Shown here: positions 53,081-64,000 of the stretch, piece by piece
Layout of the letters: every line of letters starts with the position of its first letter
How positions within the stretch are numbered: the stretch's first letter is position 1
From: Vicugna vicugna
Taxonomy: Eukaryota
Assembly (NCBI GenBank): GCA_013265495.1
Contig: MU058065.1
Location: 3,389,003 to 3,453,002 of the forward strand
Length of the DNA: 64,000 nucleotides
Reading direction: 5' to 3'
The notes under the pieces: model-generated
Seen by the model: only the letters and a program-made list of their open reading frames with translations
What the model was told of the DNA's origin: nothing
The model's database searches: none
Translations under genes and position numbers: made by a program

Positions 53081-53351
53081 CACATGAAATGAACTATTAC
53101 ACCACCTTAGACACTAGGCAGTGCATCTTGTGTATTCAACATCATCAGCTCTGATACTAGATGCTACCTTTGGAAACTCTGTATAGTTGTTTCTACTACC
53201 TCTCATTGCTAGAGTGGATGTAGAACAGTACTAATTTATTCATGCAACAAATATTTAATGAGCATCTACTGTATGCCATGCCCTTTTCTAGGGGCTGTAG
53301 AAATACCATAAGGAAACAAGACTCCTGCCATTGGAGACATATATTCTAATG

Positions 53352-53435
53352 GGGTAACCAACTTGTCCAGTTTTCCTGGACTTCCTCAGTTTTAGCACTG
53401 AAAGTCCCACATCCCACAAAACCCTTTGGTTCAAT
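53352..53435. mobile_element. MER94-like MITE fragment within L2
   Basis: GGGTAACCAACTTGTCCAGTTTTCCTGGACT...TTTTAGCACTGAAAGTCCCACATCCC. Confidence 0.55.
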
Positions 53436-53609
53436 CGACATCTGAAGGAAGAGTGTTTTAGGCAAAGGGAACAACAATGACCTTAAGATGAATGATGCTT
53501 CATCATTAGAGGAATAACAAGGACCATTGTGTGGCTATGATGGATTGAGAGAGATTTAGGCAAGTTAAGAGCATCTCAAAGCATCTTCAAGCATCTTCAT
53601 GGCTTCATT

Positions 53610-54040
53610 AGTAATTTGGAGAAAATAGACCTTTTGCTAGTGCCTGGGAAGGACCAAATGATCAGTGTATTCAGTCACACAAACAACTCTCTGAAGAGGT
53701 TAGACATATGACTCAGGGATTCCCTTAGCCATCTCACCAGAAGCCCAGAATATATTTGGAATTATCCAGGAAAGCTCTGTGGAGAAATTTCTTATCTAAT
53801 GGACTGCATCTCTGACAAAAGAGACCCACAATGTTGTTGAGAAGATTATACCATCAGAAACACTGCCAACCTAGACTGTAAGGGGCAGAGAGGACAAAGT
53901 GAGAGAAAGCTGTCTCTCCTCCAGGTCTACAATCAGGAAACTGACTGATAAAACTTTTATCCTAAAAATATATACTACCCTTCATGAAATTGAAGGATGA
54001 CTCTGAGTGCAGGACACTCAGCCAAGAGGGTAGAGTCATT
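53610..54040 (+). mobile_element. MaLR internal-region fragment (MLT1-int-like)
   Basis: GCCATCTCACCAGAAGCCCAGAAT...TTATCCAGGAAAG...CAGAAACACTGCCAACCTAGACTG resembles the recalled MLT1 internal sequence. Confidence 0.5.
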
Positions 54041-54091
54041 TTTCAGAACACTGGGGAAATACCCAAGTTGTAATAGTGTTTTAAAAAATGA

Positions 54092-54237
54092 GGGGGAGGG
54101 TATAGCTCAGTGGTAGAGTGGGTGCTTAGCATGCATGAGGTCCTGGGTTCAATCCCCAGTACCTCCACTAAAAATAAATAGATAAATAAACCTAATTACC
54201 CACCTAAAAGCAAACAAAACCAAAAACAAAAAAAATG
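54092..54237 (+). mobile_element. Camelid-type tRNA-derived SINE with TSD
   Basis: GGGGGAGGGTATAGCTCAGTGGTAGAG...GGTTCAATCCCCAG and an A-rich tail. TSD TTTAAAAAATGA at 54080-54091 and 54238-54249. Confidence 0.9.
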
Positions 54238-57200
54238 TTTAAAAAATGAAAACAAGATATAGCTACAACTTTAAGACAGAAAAACACTTTCAGCTTTAAC
54301 TAGAATAGATAAATTAGATTTTATATCATAAAATTTGCAAACCAAAGTTCTCAATTTCAATGATATAATAATAAAATATACTTCGTCAAAAACATTTCTT
54401 TCTTTATAGTTCAATGTTTAAAATATTTTATCTAAGTATAAAAAGCTTCTAGTTAATATTCTATTTTTATTTAATAAGCAAAACTTATTTATTCCTTTAT
54501 TTAATTAAAAGAACACACACTTTACAGGTTTCAATGGGGGACTGGTCTTTTGCCATCTTTAGTTTAACTGGGTAGGATATAAACCTTGCTTGTAGGAATG
54601 AATACTTCCTGAAACTAGGAAAGTGACCCTAGGAGCGAGAGAACTAACAAGAAGGCTTGTCTACTTTTGGTTATAACCTTGGGCTAAATGATTTTAAAGT
54701 AGCTTTAAAATGGCTCCCATGAAATGTTCTGTGGAAAAAGACAGCTCAAGGTCTGTCAGAGAGAAGCAAGTAAGAAAACTCTAACTTTAAATATAGTTTT
54801 TGGCAACTGGATCTTTTATCAGTCGGCTTTTTTTAGTTATTATTATGGACCTCAAAAGCCAACCTAAATAAAAGATGCTGAATTAATTTGAAATGATTCA
54901 TGTTTATAATACAAATGGATATAAAGAAACCTGATTTTCCAAGACTGGCAGGAACTACAAGGCTGCTTCTCATCCTAGGGAAAATGAAACCAACATCCTC
55001 ACAAAGAAACTTGGAATACGCTACTTAGCTCCTCTGTAACAGGAAAGCATCCCAATCATTGATAACCTTTGAAATACCTGAAACAGTGTGCTATTCCAGC
55101 TCATAACATTACCAGCCAAAGGGAAGAGGCTTAGGCCTTATGCTCTACAAAATATGTTAACGAGAGAGAGCAGTACAATGAAAACAAAATAAAAATCCAA
55201 GTATACGTTCCAAGGTTTAAAATAGAACCTCTTCAAAAGATGGAAAGGATTTCTTCACCTCATGAAAAGGCAGTGGTCCGTGGCATTGCCTACTTTGTGG
55301 GATTGAGGAAATAACTCTAGTTTATTTTAATGTACCGTGTAATCTGGCTCCCTTCCCATATTGTTCTGTGATCATAACTGTGCAATTCAAAAGAAAAGTT
55401 GGGCCAGCGCTTCAAATGTCATCTTGATACAACCTTTCCCATTTTTAAGCTCACTTCAGTAATTTACTTTTCTTTTCTCCCCCTCCTCTTATTGCTTTTA
55501 TAAAGTCAAGCCAATGATAATAAAATCAGAAGAGAATGGCAGTATAAGAAACAAGTTACCACTGTCCACAAAGAGTTCCTTAGAGTTAGAAGGCAAGATT
55601 CCTGGTCCTTAAAAGCATGCTCTCCAGTATGCTTACATGAATGATGTTTTACTTGGATTATATTTTGTTAGTAAATGCTTCACTTTTAATTATGTCTGCT
55701 TTCATTCTGTTTCACCCCAAATTATTCAGAAATTTTGCATCCCTCCCGTATTTGGTTGGGGTTCGTTCTGTGTCCCCCCACCACCCAGTTCCCACCGTGG
55801 CTTCTATTTCAAAGTCCCTTGTATCAAGGTTACAGTTGACACTGTTCTGGCTTTAACAGAAGGTCATTTTCAACAAAGGAATTCTGGCTTGTTTGTGTGT
55901 AATAGCGCGCTGCTTAGCTACATGCCAGGTTCATGAGAGTCACGTGACGCCTCCTGGCTGCACTGTGCTCTGTTCCCGTGCTTAGCGGAAGGACACTCTA
56001 CAGCCAAAAGTCACCTCTAGGAATGGCGTTTATCTCCGACTTTATCCAGGAAGAACTGAGATGATTTCTAAAGTCCTCTACTGGGTGTTTCTATCTGTTC
56101 TAAAGATATCCCCTCAGGTAGGTAAATACCCTTCCTCAGACATAAAGTATGGTTTGAAGGTAATACGGTAGTAGCTTCCTGTCCTCCATTCCCAAATGTT
56201 TCTATGAATACTTGCTACAATTAAGTCAAAGACTTTTCAGCATCTATGATTTGTCTGCCCTTAATATCAGGTGATTTGACAGAATGTCCCACCTCACTTT
56301 TAGTGGTCTAGAAAATAATTCCCTTCTAAGTTCTCGACCAGAGAGGCACAGGATCTAATCTTTTAGACAGAAAAAAAAAATGGATGTTCCTGTAAGTTTT
56401 ACTGGAAAAGTGTGTTATTAAGTGACCATTTTTTAATCATTTCACGGCCTTAGGAGGACCTGCTATACCAAGACTGAAACATTGTGTGTGTGTATTTGAA
56501 TCAAATGCCAAATAACCTGCATTTTAAAGAAAGAGCCTATATCACATATTGTTTCTTTATCAACATAAACTGAAGCCCCAAATCACTTCCCATATTCAAT
56601 TACCAGAGTCAGGACTTGGTCCAGCTCTAATTGACTCCAGGAATATTTTTTTTCATAAAAGATAATTTAATTCACTGCCATATGTTTGCTGGAGTGATTC
56701 TCTGATCTTGGCCCAGATGACGACTCTGCCCTCACTACCAGGTGTGGTTTCCAAGGACCTCCAGTACTCACTCTGCTCTCTTCTCTTCCATTTTCACTGG
56801 CTTCATCTTCTCTTCTGAATGGCATTTATTCTTCTGCGGTTTTTTCCCCCTCCAACGTCTTCCTCTTTTTTTAATCACAGAAGTATTCACGCTTGAATTG
56901 AAATAGTGAAGTCAGCTTCAAATGCTAGATCAAAAATATCAGAGAGGAGCTACCAATTTCATGGTTCAAAAACTAATGGTATCAATCTGTACTGTTTAAG
57001 AGATACCAGAATCTTCTGACCCACATGCAAACTCCATTGGCCTTGAAATAATTTTACTCATAACTGATGACTGAGGAGTCATATTAAGGTTTTGCTTTAA
57101 ATTTTCCAGGTCAGGGACTGTCATCTTTGACTTTCATCCTTAAAGGGGTAGAATTTGGGGGGTTTAACATAATACTCACTTGAATGTCAGAGAGTCAAAA

Positions 57201-57470
57201 TTCTATTTCCTGAGAAAAGAAAATGGACTCACCCAATTTATAATTTATGAAGCTCACTTTTGTAAAGAAAGAGGGTGGCTCTCCATTAATTTCAATGTAA
57301 GATTCATCTTTCCCCCACATCAGTCAACTATTGCTTGTGTAATAAACTATCCCAAAACTTAATGGCTTAAAATAACAACTATTTACTGCTTTTAAGTCAG
57401 TGGGTTGGCTAGGCAGTTCTGCTGATCTGGCCTGGGCTCGTTTGTAAATCTGTGGTCAACTGGCTGATTG

Positions 57471-57830
57471 TGTTATTGAACCCAAGTCCGTGTGCCTGAC
57501 ATACAGTGAGGCCAAACAAACTGAAAGTTTGGAGTTTGGAGCAGAGAAAGGTTTATTGCAAGGGTCAAGCAAGGAAAATGAGCAGTTTGTGCTCAAAAGA
57601 CCCAAACTCCCCAGTGGTCTTCAGGGAAGAGTTTTTAAAAGCAAAATTTAGGGTGGAGGCTGCAGAGTATGTGACTTTCTTCTGACTGGTTGGTGGTGAG
57701 GTAACAGGGCAACGCTCCAGGAATCTTGTGCTATGTCTGAAATTACCATCCTTCGCCTGGGTGGGGGCCTTATTTCCTATAGAAGAACTCAAAGATATAT
57801 TGTTATGGATATCCCTTCAGGAGGAAATAA
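57471..57830 (-). mobile_element. ERV1-type LTR fragment nested in an MLT1 LTR (~57325-58160)
   Basis: TGTTATTGAACCCAAGTCCGTGTGCC...AGAGAAAGGTTTATTGCAAGG (AATAAA on minus)...GACTGGTTGGTGGTGAGGTAACAGG. Confidence 0.7.
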
Positions 57831-58802
57831 AGGACTGGCTGGTTTAGAATGACCTCAGCCAATGATGGTTCCCTTGTACATATCACTCACTTTCCTCCAG
57901 CAGGCTAGCTCAGGCATCTTCTCAAGGTGGTGGCCCAAGTTTAAGAAAGAGGGCCCAGTTGTGCAAGAGGGTGAGCAGAAATAGGCATAACTTTAAAAGT
58001 CAAATTAGCTCTTGTCAAATTTTAAGTCAAGGTGCTCTTGTCCCTTAGGCCGAAGAAAGTCACATGGCCAAGCCTAGAGATATGGTGGGAAGGTACTACT
58101 ACAGGGTGTGGCTACAGGGAGGCAGGGATACTTGGGCTGTTAATCAACCCATCACCCTTACCCTTAATGTGCTTGATCTCCAGTACAAATTTCCTTCAGA
58201 ACTAAAGGCCGAGAAAACCATTTACTTCAACACAAACTAAAAAACTTTCTGTTGCTAGCTTAGCCACACGGTTCTGTAACCCACTGCCTTTCTTCTTTGC
58301 CTTGACTGCTAGGATGTTCAAAATTAAGTTTTATAGTCCACTGATGGGACTTTGTAAGACAGGATCCTTGGACACAATTTTTCTGCTTCTCTTATTTTCT
58401 TCTTTGTCTCCTGTCTTATATTTTGTGATATGTCCAGGCTTACTGTGTCTCTGGTGTTTACAGAGGGCTTTGTGGATCTTACAGGGGGATCCCAGCCCCC
58501 ATTTTCATTCCAGAATGTCTTGTGACTCTGGCTTCTGTGACTCCTGTTTCTCAGAGAGAAAAGACTGTCACTTTGTACACTGCTTCAGCAGGTCCCAAAG
58601 AGAATCTCAGCTGAGGGAGCTTTTGTGCAGAAATAAGAAACCAGGCTTCCCACGCAACCAGCTGGAGGGTACCAGAGACTTGTGACTGTTCCCCTATTTC
58701 AGAAGTGGGGTCAAGAGGGAGACAATGTCCCCATAAGATATTCTCCACCATTACAGCTCCTCCTTCCGTCTTCTCCACCCCACTGTAACAGAGAGTTTGT
58801 CC

Positions 58803-58995
58803 ACAGGTCGTCAGATTTAGCAAATTAAAATACAGGATGCCCAGTTAAAAATGAATTTCAGATAGACAATAAATAATATTTAGTATTAGTATGTCCCAGA
58901 CATTGTGTGGGATATACTTGTGCTTAAAACCTTATTCTTTGTTATCTGAGATTTAAATTTAGCTGGGCATCTTGTATTTTTTCTGGAAATCCAAA
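58803..58995. mobile_element. MER53-like palindromic MITE
   Basis: Inverted arms AAAATACAGGATGCCCAGTTAAA / TTTAGCTGGGCATCTTGTATTTT. Confidence 0.8.
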
Positions 58996-61900
58996 CACAG
59001 CAAATAAATGGAAATAGAGTCAAAGCATCCATATTCTCACATTTTGAAGGCTGTTTTTACTCTTTGCTGACTTCCCTAGAGTCAGTTTTCAATTCACACA
59101 ATGGTGTTCATTTACAAGGCTCACAGTGGAGAATACTTTTCTTAATTGCATGCCTTAAAGCACTGTTTCAAATGTTCTTCAAAAAAACAAATATTCTATA
59201 AATTTAATTTCTTTTTTATCACAAACAACACTTATTCAAGAAAGGGAATGAAATTTATTATATCCTTTTAATGTGCTGTTCATGAAATCAGTTTTTCCCA
59301 AAGAATCCATCTTTGGATTTTTGCTCACATTTATCATTGAAGGGGATTTCACATTTTGGAAATGTTTAGGCGGGCCAATATTATAGACTCACAACTTTAA
59401 TGCTTTTTATTTTTAAAATATGTATTCATCCAAATTCACAATGTGGACTTTTCTATAGGACATTTGACCAGGTTTCTTTACAAAGTTAATGGCCTAGAAC
59501 AAACAAATAGCAGAAGAGACTGTTCCAGCCTGAGAGTTAAGACAGGTGTAAGATTATAAACAGCTAACTACAGTGAATGGACCTTGTTTGGATATTGATA
59601 TATACAAAATAATTTTTAAGATTTTTTTAGCAAGTAGGGGAAATTTGATTATGGCTTGGGTATTAGATGGCGTTATGAATTATTGTCAGTTTTATCATGT
59701 GTGGCCATGCAATGCAGTTAGGTAAGAAAATGTGCCCCTTTTTTAATATTCATGCTAGGTTATTTAGGGCTAAGATAACATGATGTCTGGAATTTGCTTT
59801 AAAAAGTTTAAACAGAGAGAGAGAGAAAAGACAGAGGAAATGAGTGTGGCAGATTAATGATGGCCAAGGAAGTCCTGTGATGAATTCATGAGGGTTTGTG
59901 ATATTCTCTACTTCTGTGCATTTTTTGGAAGTTTCTGTAACACAATACAAAATTCAATCTAATTTTGAAAAGTTACATAGAATACATACAAAAAGTTCTT
60001 AAGGATACCACACTTTTTTCAACTTCTAAATGTTCTTATTCACTTTATTTACTATTTTATTTCTAATTATAAAAATAGTATATACTCAATATTAAGAATA
60101 AGTAAATAAATAACACAGCAAAGAGCAGTGAGAAGATGAAAGTACATGAAATCATAAATAGAGGATCTGAGCAGGAAGGAAAGATCACTTGAAGAAATAA
60201 TTATACAATTTTTTCTGGTCCTTTAAATTATTATTACATATATTTGCTTAAAGAAATAGTTTTGGGGTCAGCTATTTGGCCAACAACTTTTTTTTTTAAC
60301 TCCAGGATAGGTTCTAGTCAATGACAAACAAATGGAGTTTGGTAGGAATTCCAAGTGTTGGCTCATTTAAGTAATGTTGCTACCCGACTGTAGCAACTGA
60401 AAACGTTTCCAACAAGGGGCCCAGAGCACTAGAGATGATCAATAAAAATGCTCATTTCTTTTTTCTTTTCTCTCCTTTTTAACTTTTCTTACTCAATTTT
60501 AGCTTCTGAGCAAACAGTACCATAATTAAGTAAAGTTTTTTTGTTTGTTTTTTGGGGTTTTTTTTTGCATTTCTGGTAGTATTGAGTGGAAGTTCTCCTT
60601 TTAGTCTTGCATTTGGTAACTACTTGCTTATTTTAAAAATGCAAGAATGGGATAGTTATCCAGTTGGTTACTTAAGGAAGATATTAGCTTGTTTCTGTCT
60701 GTATAGAAGGTTATCTGTATAGCTCCAAAATTAGGTGGGGCTAAATCCTTAGAAATATACAAGTCAGCACTACTTTGGAACAATGTCATATGTGGCTATA
60801 ACCTGGTGAGACTGTTCCCTCCCCAAGACGAATGCTGGTGCCACCTCTGGGCTTTGGTCAATCTGAATATGGGGGAGCAGAATCATTCGTCACCATTAGT
60901 GTCCTACAAACCCTGATGACTGAGGGGTGACCTGATACTAAAATCCAGGGGAGACGCTACATTGAGGAGTGATAGAAGCAGGTATCTGCCTTCCTTAATC
61001 CACATTTAACCAGGTTCAAAAGTCAGCCTTCTGCTGGTGTAATGAACTTCCTGATGTAATATAATTGAAGTACACGGCATCACCTATGAAGTACTCCTGC
61101 CGAAACATTTAACCTGAATTCAGTCAAGCCTCTGTATCTGCACCAATTGCTTTTGCTGCAGAACAGATCACCCCAAAACTTACTGGTTTAGAACAATAAC
61201 TATTTATTATTTTTATGTTATTCTGTGAATCAGAGAGACAACCATTCTGGTCTGAGCCAGCTGGATGACTGAGGATGGCTTCACTCCTGATGTCAGCCAG
61301 GGGGATGGAGATGTGGCTACACATTCCTCCTCAGCCAGCAGTCACAGGGTCCCCACGAGCAGCAAAGATGGGCAAAACCCTGGTGCACAAGCACATTTCA
61401 AGCCTCTGCTTGTGTCATATTTACTAATGTCCAATTGGCCAAAGCAGGTCTTATCGCTGAGCCCAGAGCCAAGGGGAGGAGAAATAAACTCCACCACTTA
61501 ATAAACAAAATTATCAGTTTTATAGTCTAAACACAACATATAATTTCTAATTTATATAAACACAGTATGGAGAAGAACAGGTTAAATGATATCACAAGGA
61601 AATAATTAGTCATATCTAGAATGTGAAACATTCTAAATATAACCTGTCTAATGTTTCTAAAAAGTCTATGCTCTTGAAACAAAAACAAAGATCAAAGACA
61701 TGATGGCGGAGTAGGGGAGACTATAAAAGACTAAAAAGATGTAACAACCAAATTCAAGTATGAACCTTATTAGATAATTACTCAGAAAAATAAAAACAGC
61801 CATTAAAAGTTCTTTGGGCAGTCAGGGAAAATCAAATATGGATTAAATACACGGACTATTTTAAGTTTCTTAAATGTGATGGAGGCATTAAGGTTGTATA

Positions 61901-62020
61901 AGAAAACATTCTTATTCTCGAGAGATGCTAATTGACTTACTTAGGAGTGAGAATAATGTCTGCAATATATTTTCAAATCTATATGTTCATATATGACAGA
62001 AAGAAAGCAAGCCAACATGG

Positions 62021-62403
62021 TGTTATAGACTGAATTGTGCCCTCCCCTTTCATATGTTGAAGTTCTTACCCTCAGTGCCTCAGAATGTGACTGTATTTAG
62101 AAATAGAGCCTTTAAAGGTGAGTAAGCTAAACGAAGGCTTATAGGGTGGGTGCTAATCCAATCTACCTGGTGTCCTTATAAGAAGAGATTAGGACATAGG
62201 CAACACAGACAGACAACAGTGTGAAGACACAGGGGAAGATGATGATCTCCGAGTTAAGGAGGGACACCTCAGAAGAAACCTTCCCTGCTCACACCTTCAT
62301 CTTGTTCTTCCAGCCCCCAGAACTATTTGTTGTCCAGAATTTCTACTGCTTAAGCCCTCCAGTCTATGGAACTTTGTTATGGCAGCCCTAGCAAAGTAAT
62401 ACA
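62021..62403 (+). mobile_element. MLT1A/B-like solo LTR with 5-bp TSD, nested in an old L1
   Basis: TGTTATAGACTGAATTGTG...TTTGTTATGGCAGCCCTAGCAAAGTAATACA. TSD CATGG at 62016-62020 and 62404-62408. Confidence 0.9.
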
Positions 62404-63221
62404 CATGGCCAAATGTTGCCAACCGTTGAATCTCAGTGGGGGATGTACAAACGTTCATTGTCCAATTTTTTTTCAACCTTTCTGCACATGGGACAATTTA
62501 TGTAATAAAAAGTTGGAAGGACAAAACCTTCCAGGACATCTTCTATAGTCAACTGGCTCTGAAGAAAATATATTCAATCAATTATAATTGAATTCTGAAT
62601 TACAGAGATTTGGCTGCAACCTTGTTTAAAGAACAGATGAGTAGTTGGAAGTTTGACAAACTAAATGAGGAAGCCATTTCTCACACCAGCAGTTCCATTG
62701 TTTCAGATTTCAGGCCATTCCATCCAGAAAGACACTTAGCGACACCATCGGTTTGGTAGATAATTTTGTGCAACAGATTAAGAGGACAGTGCAGCAGTTG
62801 CCTTGAGTTCCAGCTCTAAGTAATTTCAAAACAGCAGCCATGGCAGTTGGCAAACTTTGGGACACGATGACACGGATAAGGGACATCAATGCTGGAATCT
62901 CCAAATAGTGCATTAACTCTGTCAGTCTGCCAATAGCTCAAACAAATACTTCCTGATAGTGTTTTATTGCTTCTTTAGCAAACAATTTAGGGGCCATGAT
63001 CACTGGATTTGATCCAAGCAAAAAAGCAAGTTCATTTAGTACATTTTGCTTGTCTTTTTTTCTTCTCTTCTGGTCTTTCCGACAATTATCCAGACACCCA
63101 AGTGTCCTGGCTGTGTCTCTTCTTCCTGGCATCAATGAGTTGTAAAAAGAAGTGATCACACAATTTACGTGTTAATATTCTTAGGGAGTGCTTGCATTTC
63201 TAAATGGCATCAAGATCCTAA

Positions 63222-63420
63222 GAGTGGTTCTCAACCCTCATAGCATGTTAATCACCTGGGAAGATTTAAACAAAACAAAATAACAAACTAAGACAAATGA
63301 TGCTGGGACATAAACTCCCTAAAACACTCTGATTTAATACGTTCTTAGGTAGGACCTTGGTATAAATATTTTTTAGAAGCTTCCGAGGTGGTATCAGTGA
63401 GTAGCCGGGTAAGAACAGTT
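63222..63420. mobile_element. MER5-like MITE
   Basis: AGTGGTTCTCAACCCT...AATCACCTGGGAAG...CTCTGATTTAAT. Confidence 0.6.
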
Positions 63421-63733
63421 GCCTTCTCCTAACGTGGATTCCTAACCACAAGTCCAGGCGCTTCTGGGGGGGTCTCTGAAGAGCATTTCAAGGTTCTTTA
63501 AATCATCTCCAAAGTGATCTTTTTCTGATTTTAAAATTCATTTGAAAAACAATTATTTCTAAGTATACTATTAAAGCATCATTTCACTCAAAAAATGTTT
63601 AAAGTGTTTGCCAGCATGCGACGCTATTGTGCAAAAAGGGTAAATTATAATTATTGTAGTTGCCATGATATGACACCTAAAATATTTCCCCCCATTCACA
63701 ACCCCATAACATGAATTTCCACTAGAGCCCAGG

Positions 63734-64000
63734 TTTTTTTTTTTTAATTGAAGTATAGTCAGTTTACAATGTTGTGTCCATGTCTGGTGTACAGCATAAT
63801 GTTTCAGTCATACATATACATACATATATTCATTTTCATGTTCTTTTTCATTAGAGGTTACTATAAGATATTGAATATAGTTCCCTGTGCTATACAGAAG
63901 GAACTCGTTTATCTGTTGTATATATAGTTGTTAGTATCTGCAAATCTTAAACTCCCAATTTATCCCTTTCCAATCCCTCCCCGCCCTGGTAACCATAAGT
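63734..64000 (-). mobile_element. Camelid/cetartiodactyl L1 3' end (runs off the window)
   Basis: Poly(T) then AATTGAAGTATAGTCAGTTTACAATGTTGTG...GATATTGAATATAGTTCCCTGTGCTATACAG...TGGTAACCATAAGT. Confidence 0.9.

Noticed and set aside
54092..54170. tRNA gene (also at 3262 and 46224)
   Set aside because: A/B boxes are present, but the SINE body, A-rich tail, TSDs and several diverged copies indicate a tRNA-derived SINE.
1..64000. CRISPR array, operon or prokaryotic defence system
   Set aside because: No regularly spaced direct repeats and no dense coding. The DNA is clearly mammalian intron/intergenic sequence.

Overview
Mammalian genomic DNA, most likely a camelid (camel/alpaca/llama), judged from three camelid-type tRNA-derived SINEs and cetartiodactyl-type L1 3' ends, with no Alu, Bov-tA or PRE1 recognised. 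The only supportable protein-coding sequence is coding exon 1 of SGPP2 (sphingosine-1-phosphate phosphatase 2; minus strand, 33004-33219), which sits in a CpG-island promoter. Positions 1-33003 are its first intron (I did not find exon 2 in the window), and 33.7-64 kb is upstream intergenic DNA (the PAX3 side in human synteny). The rest is mostly interspersed repeats (L1, L2, MIR, MaLR/ERV LTRs, hAT MITEs). Repeat family names and most repeat boundaries come from recalled consensus sequences and are approximate. I found no convincing new multi-gene system. The most unusual signals are retrotransposition scars: (i) an mRNA 3'UTR retrocopy whose poly(A) abuts about 3 telomeric repeats, in the orientation expected for telomere-primed, endonuclease-independent insertion; (ii) a TSD-bounded half-L1-like element lacking nearly all of ORF2; (iii) a probable L1 3' transduction; and (iv) two adjacent MER41-like LTRs, one carrying a GAS motif and a perfect 16-bp hairpin.
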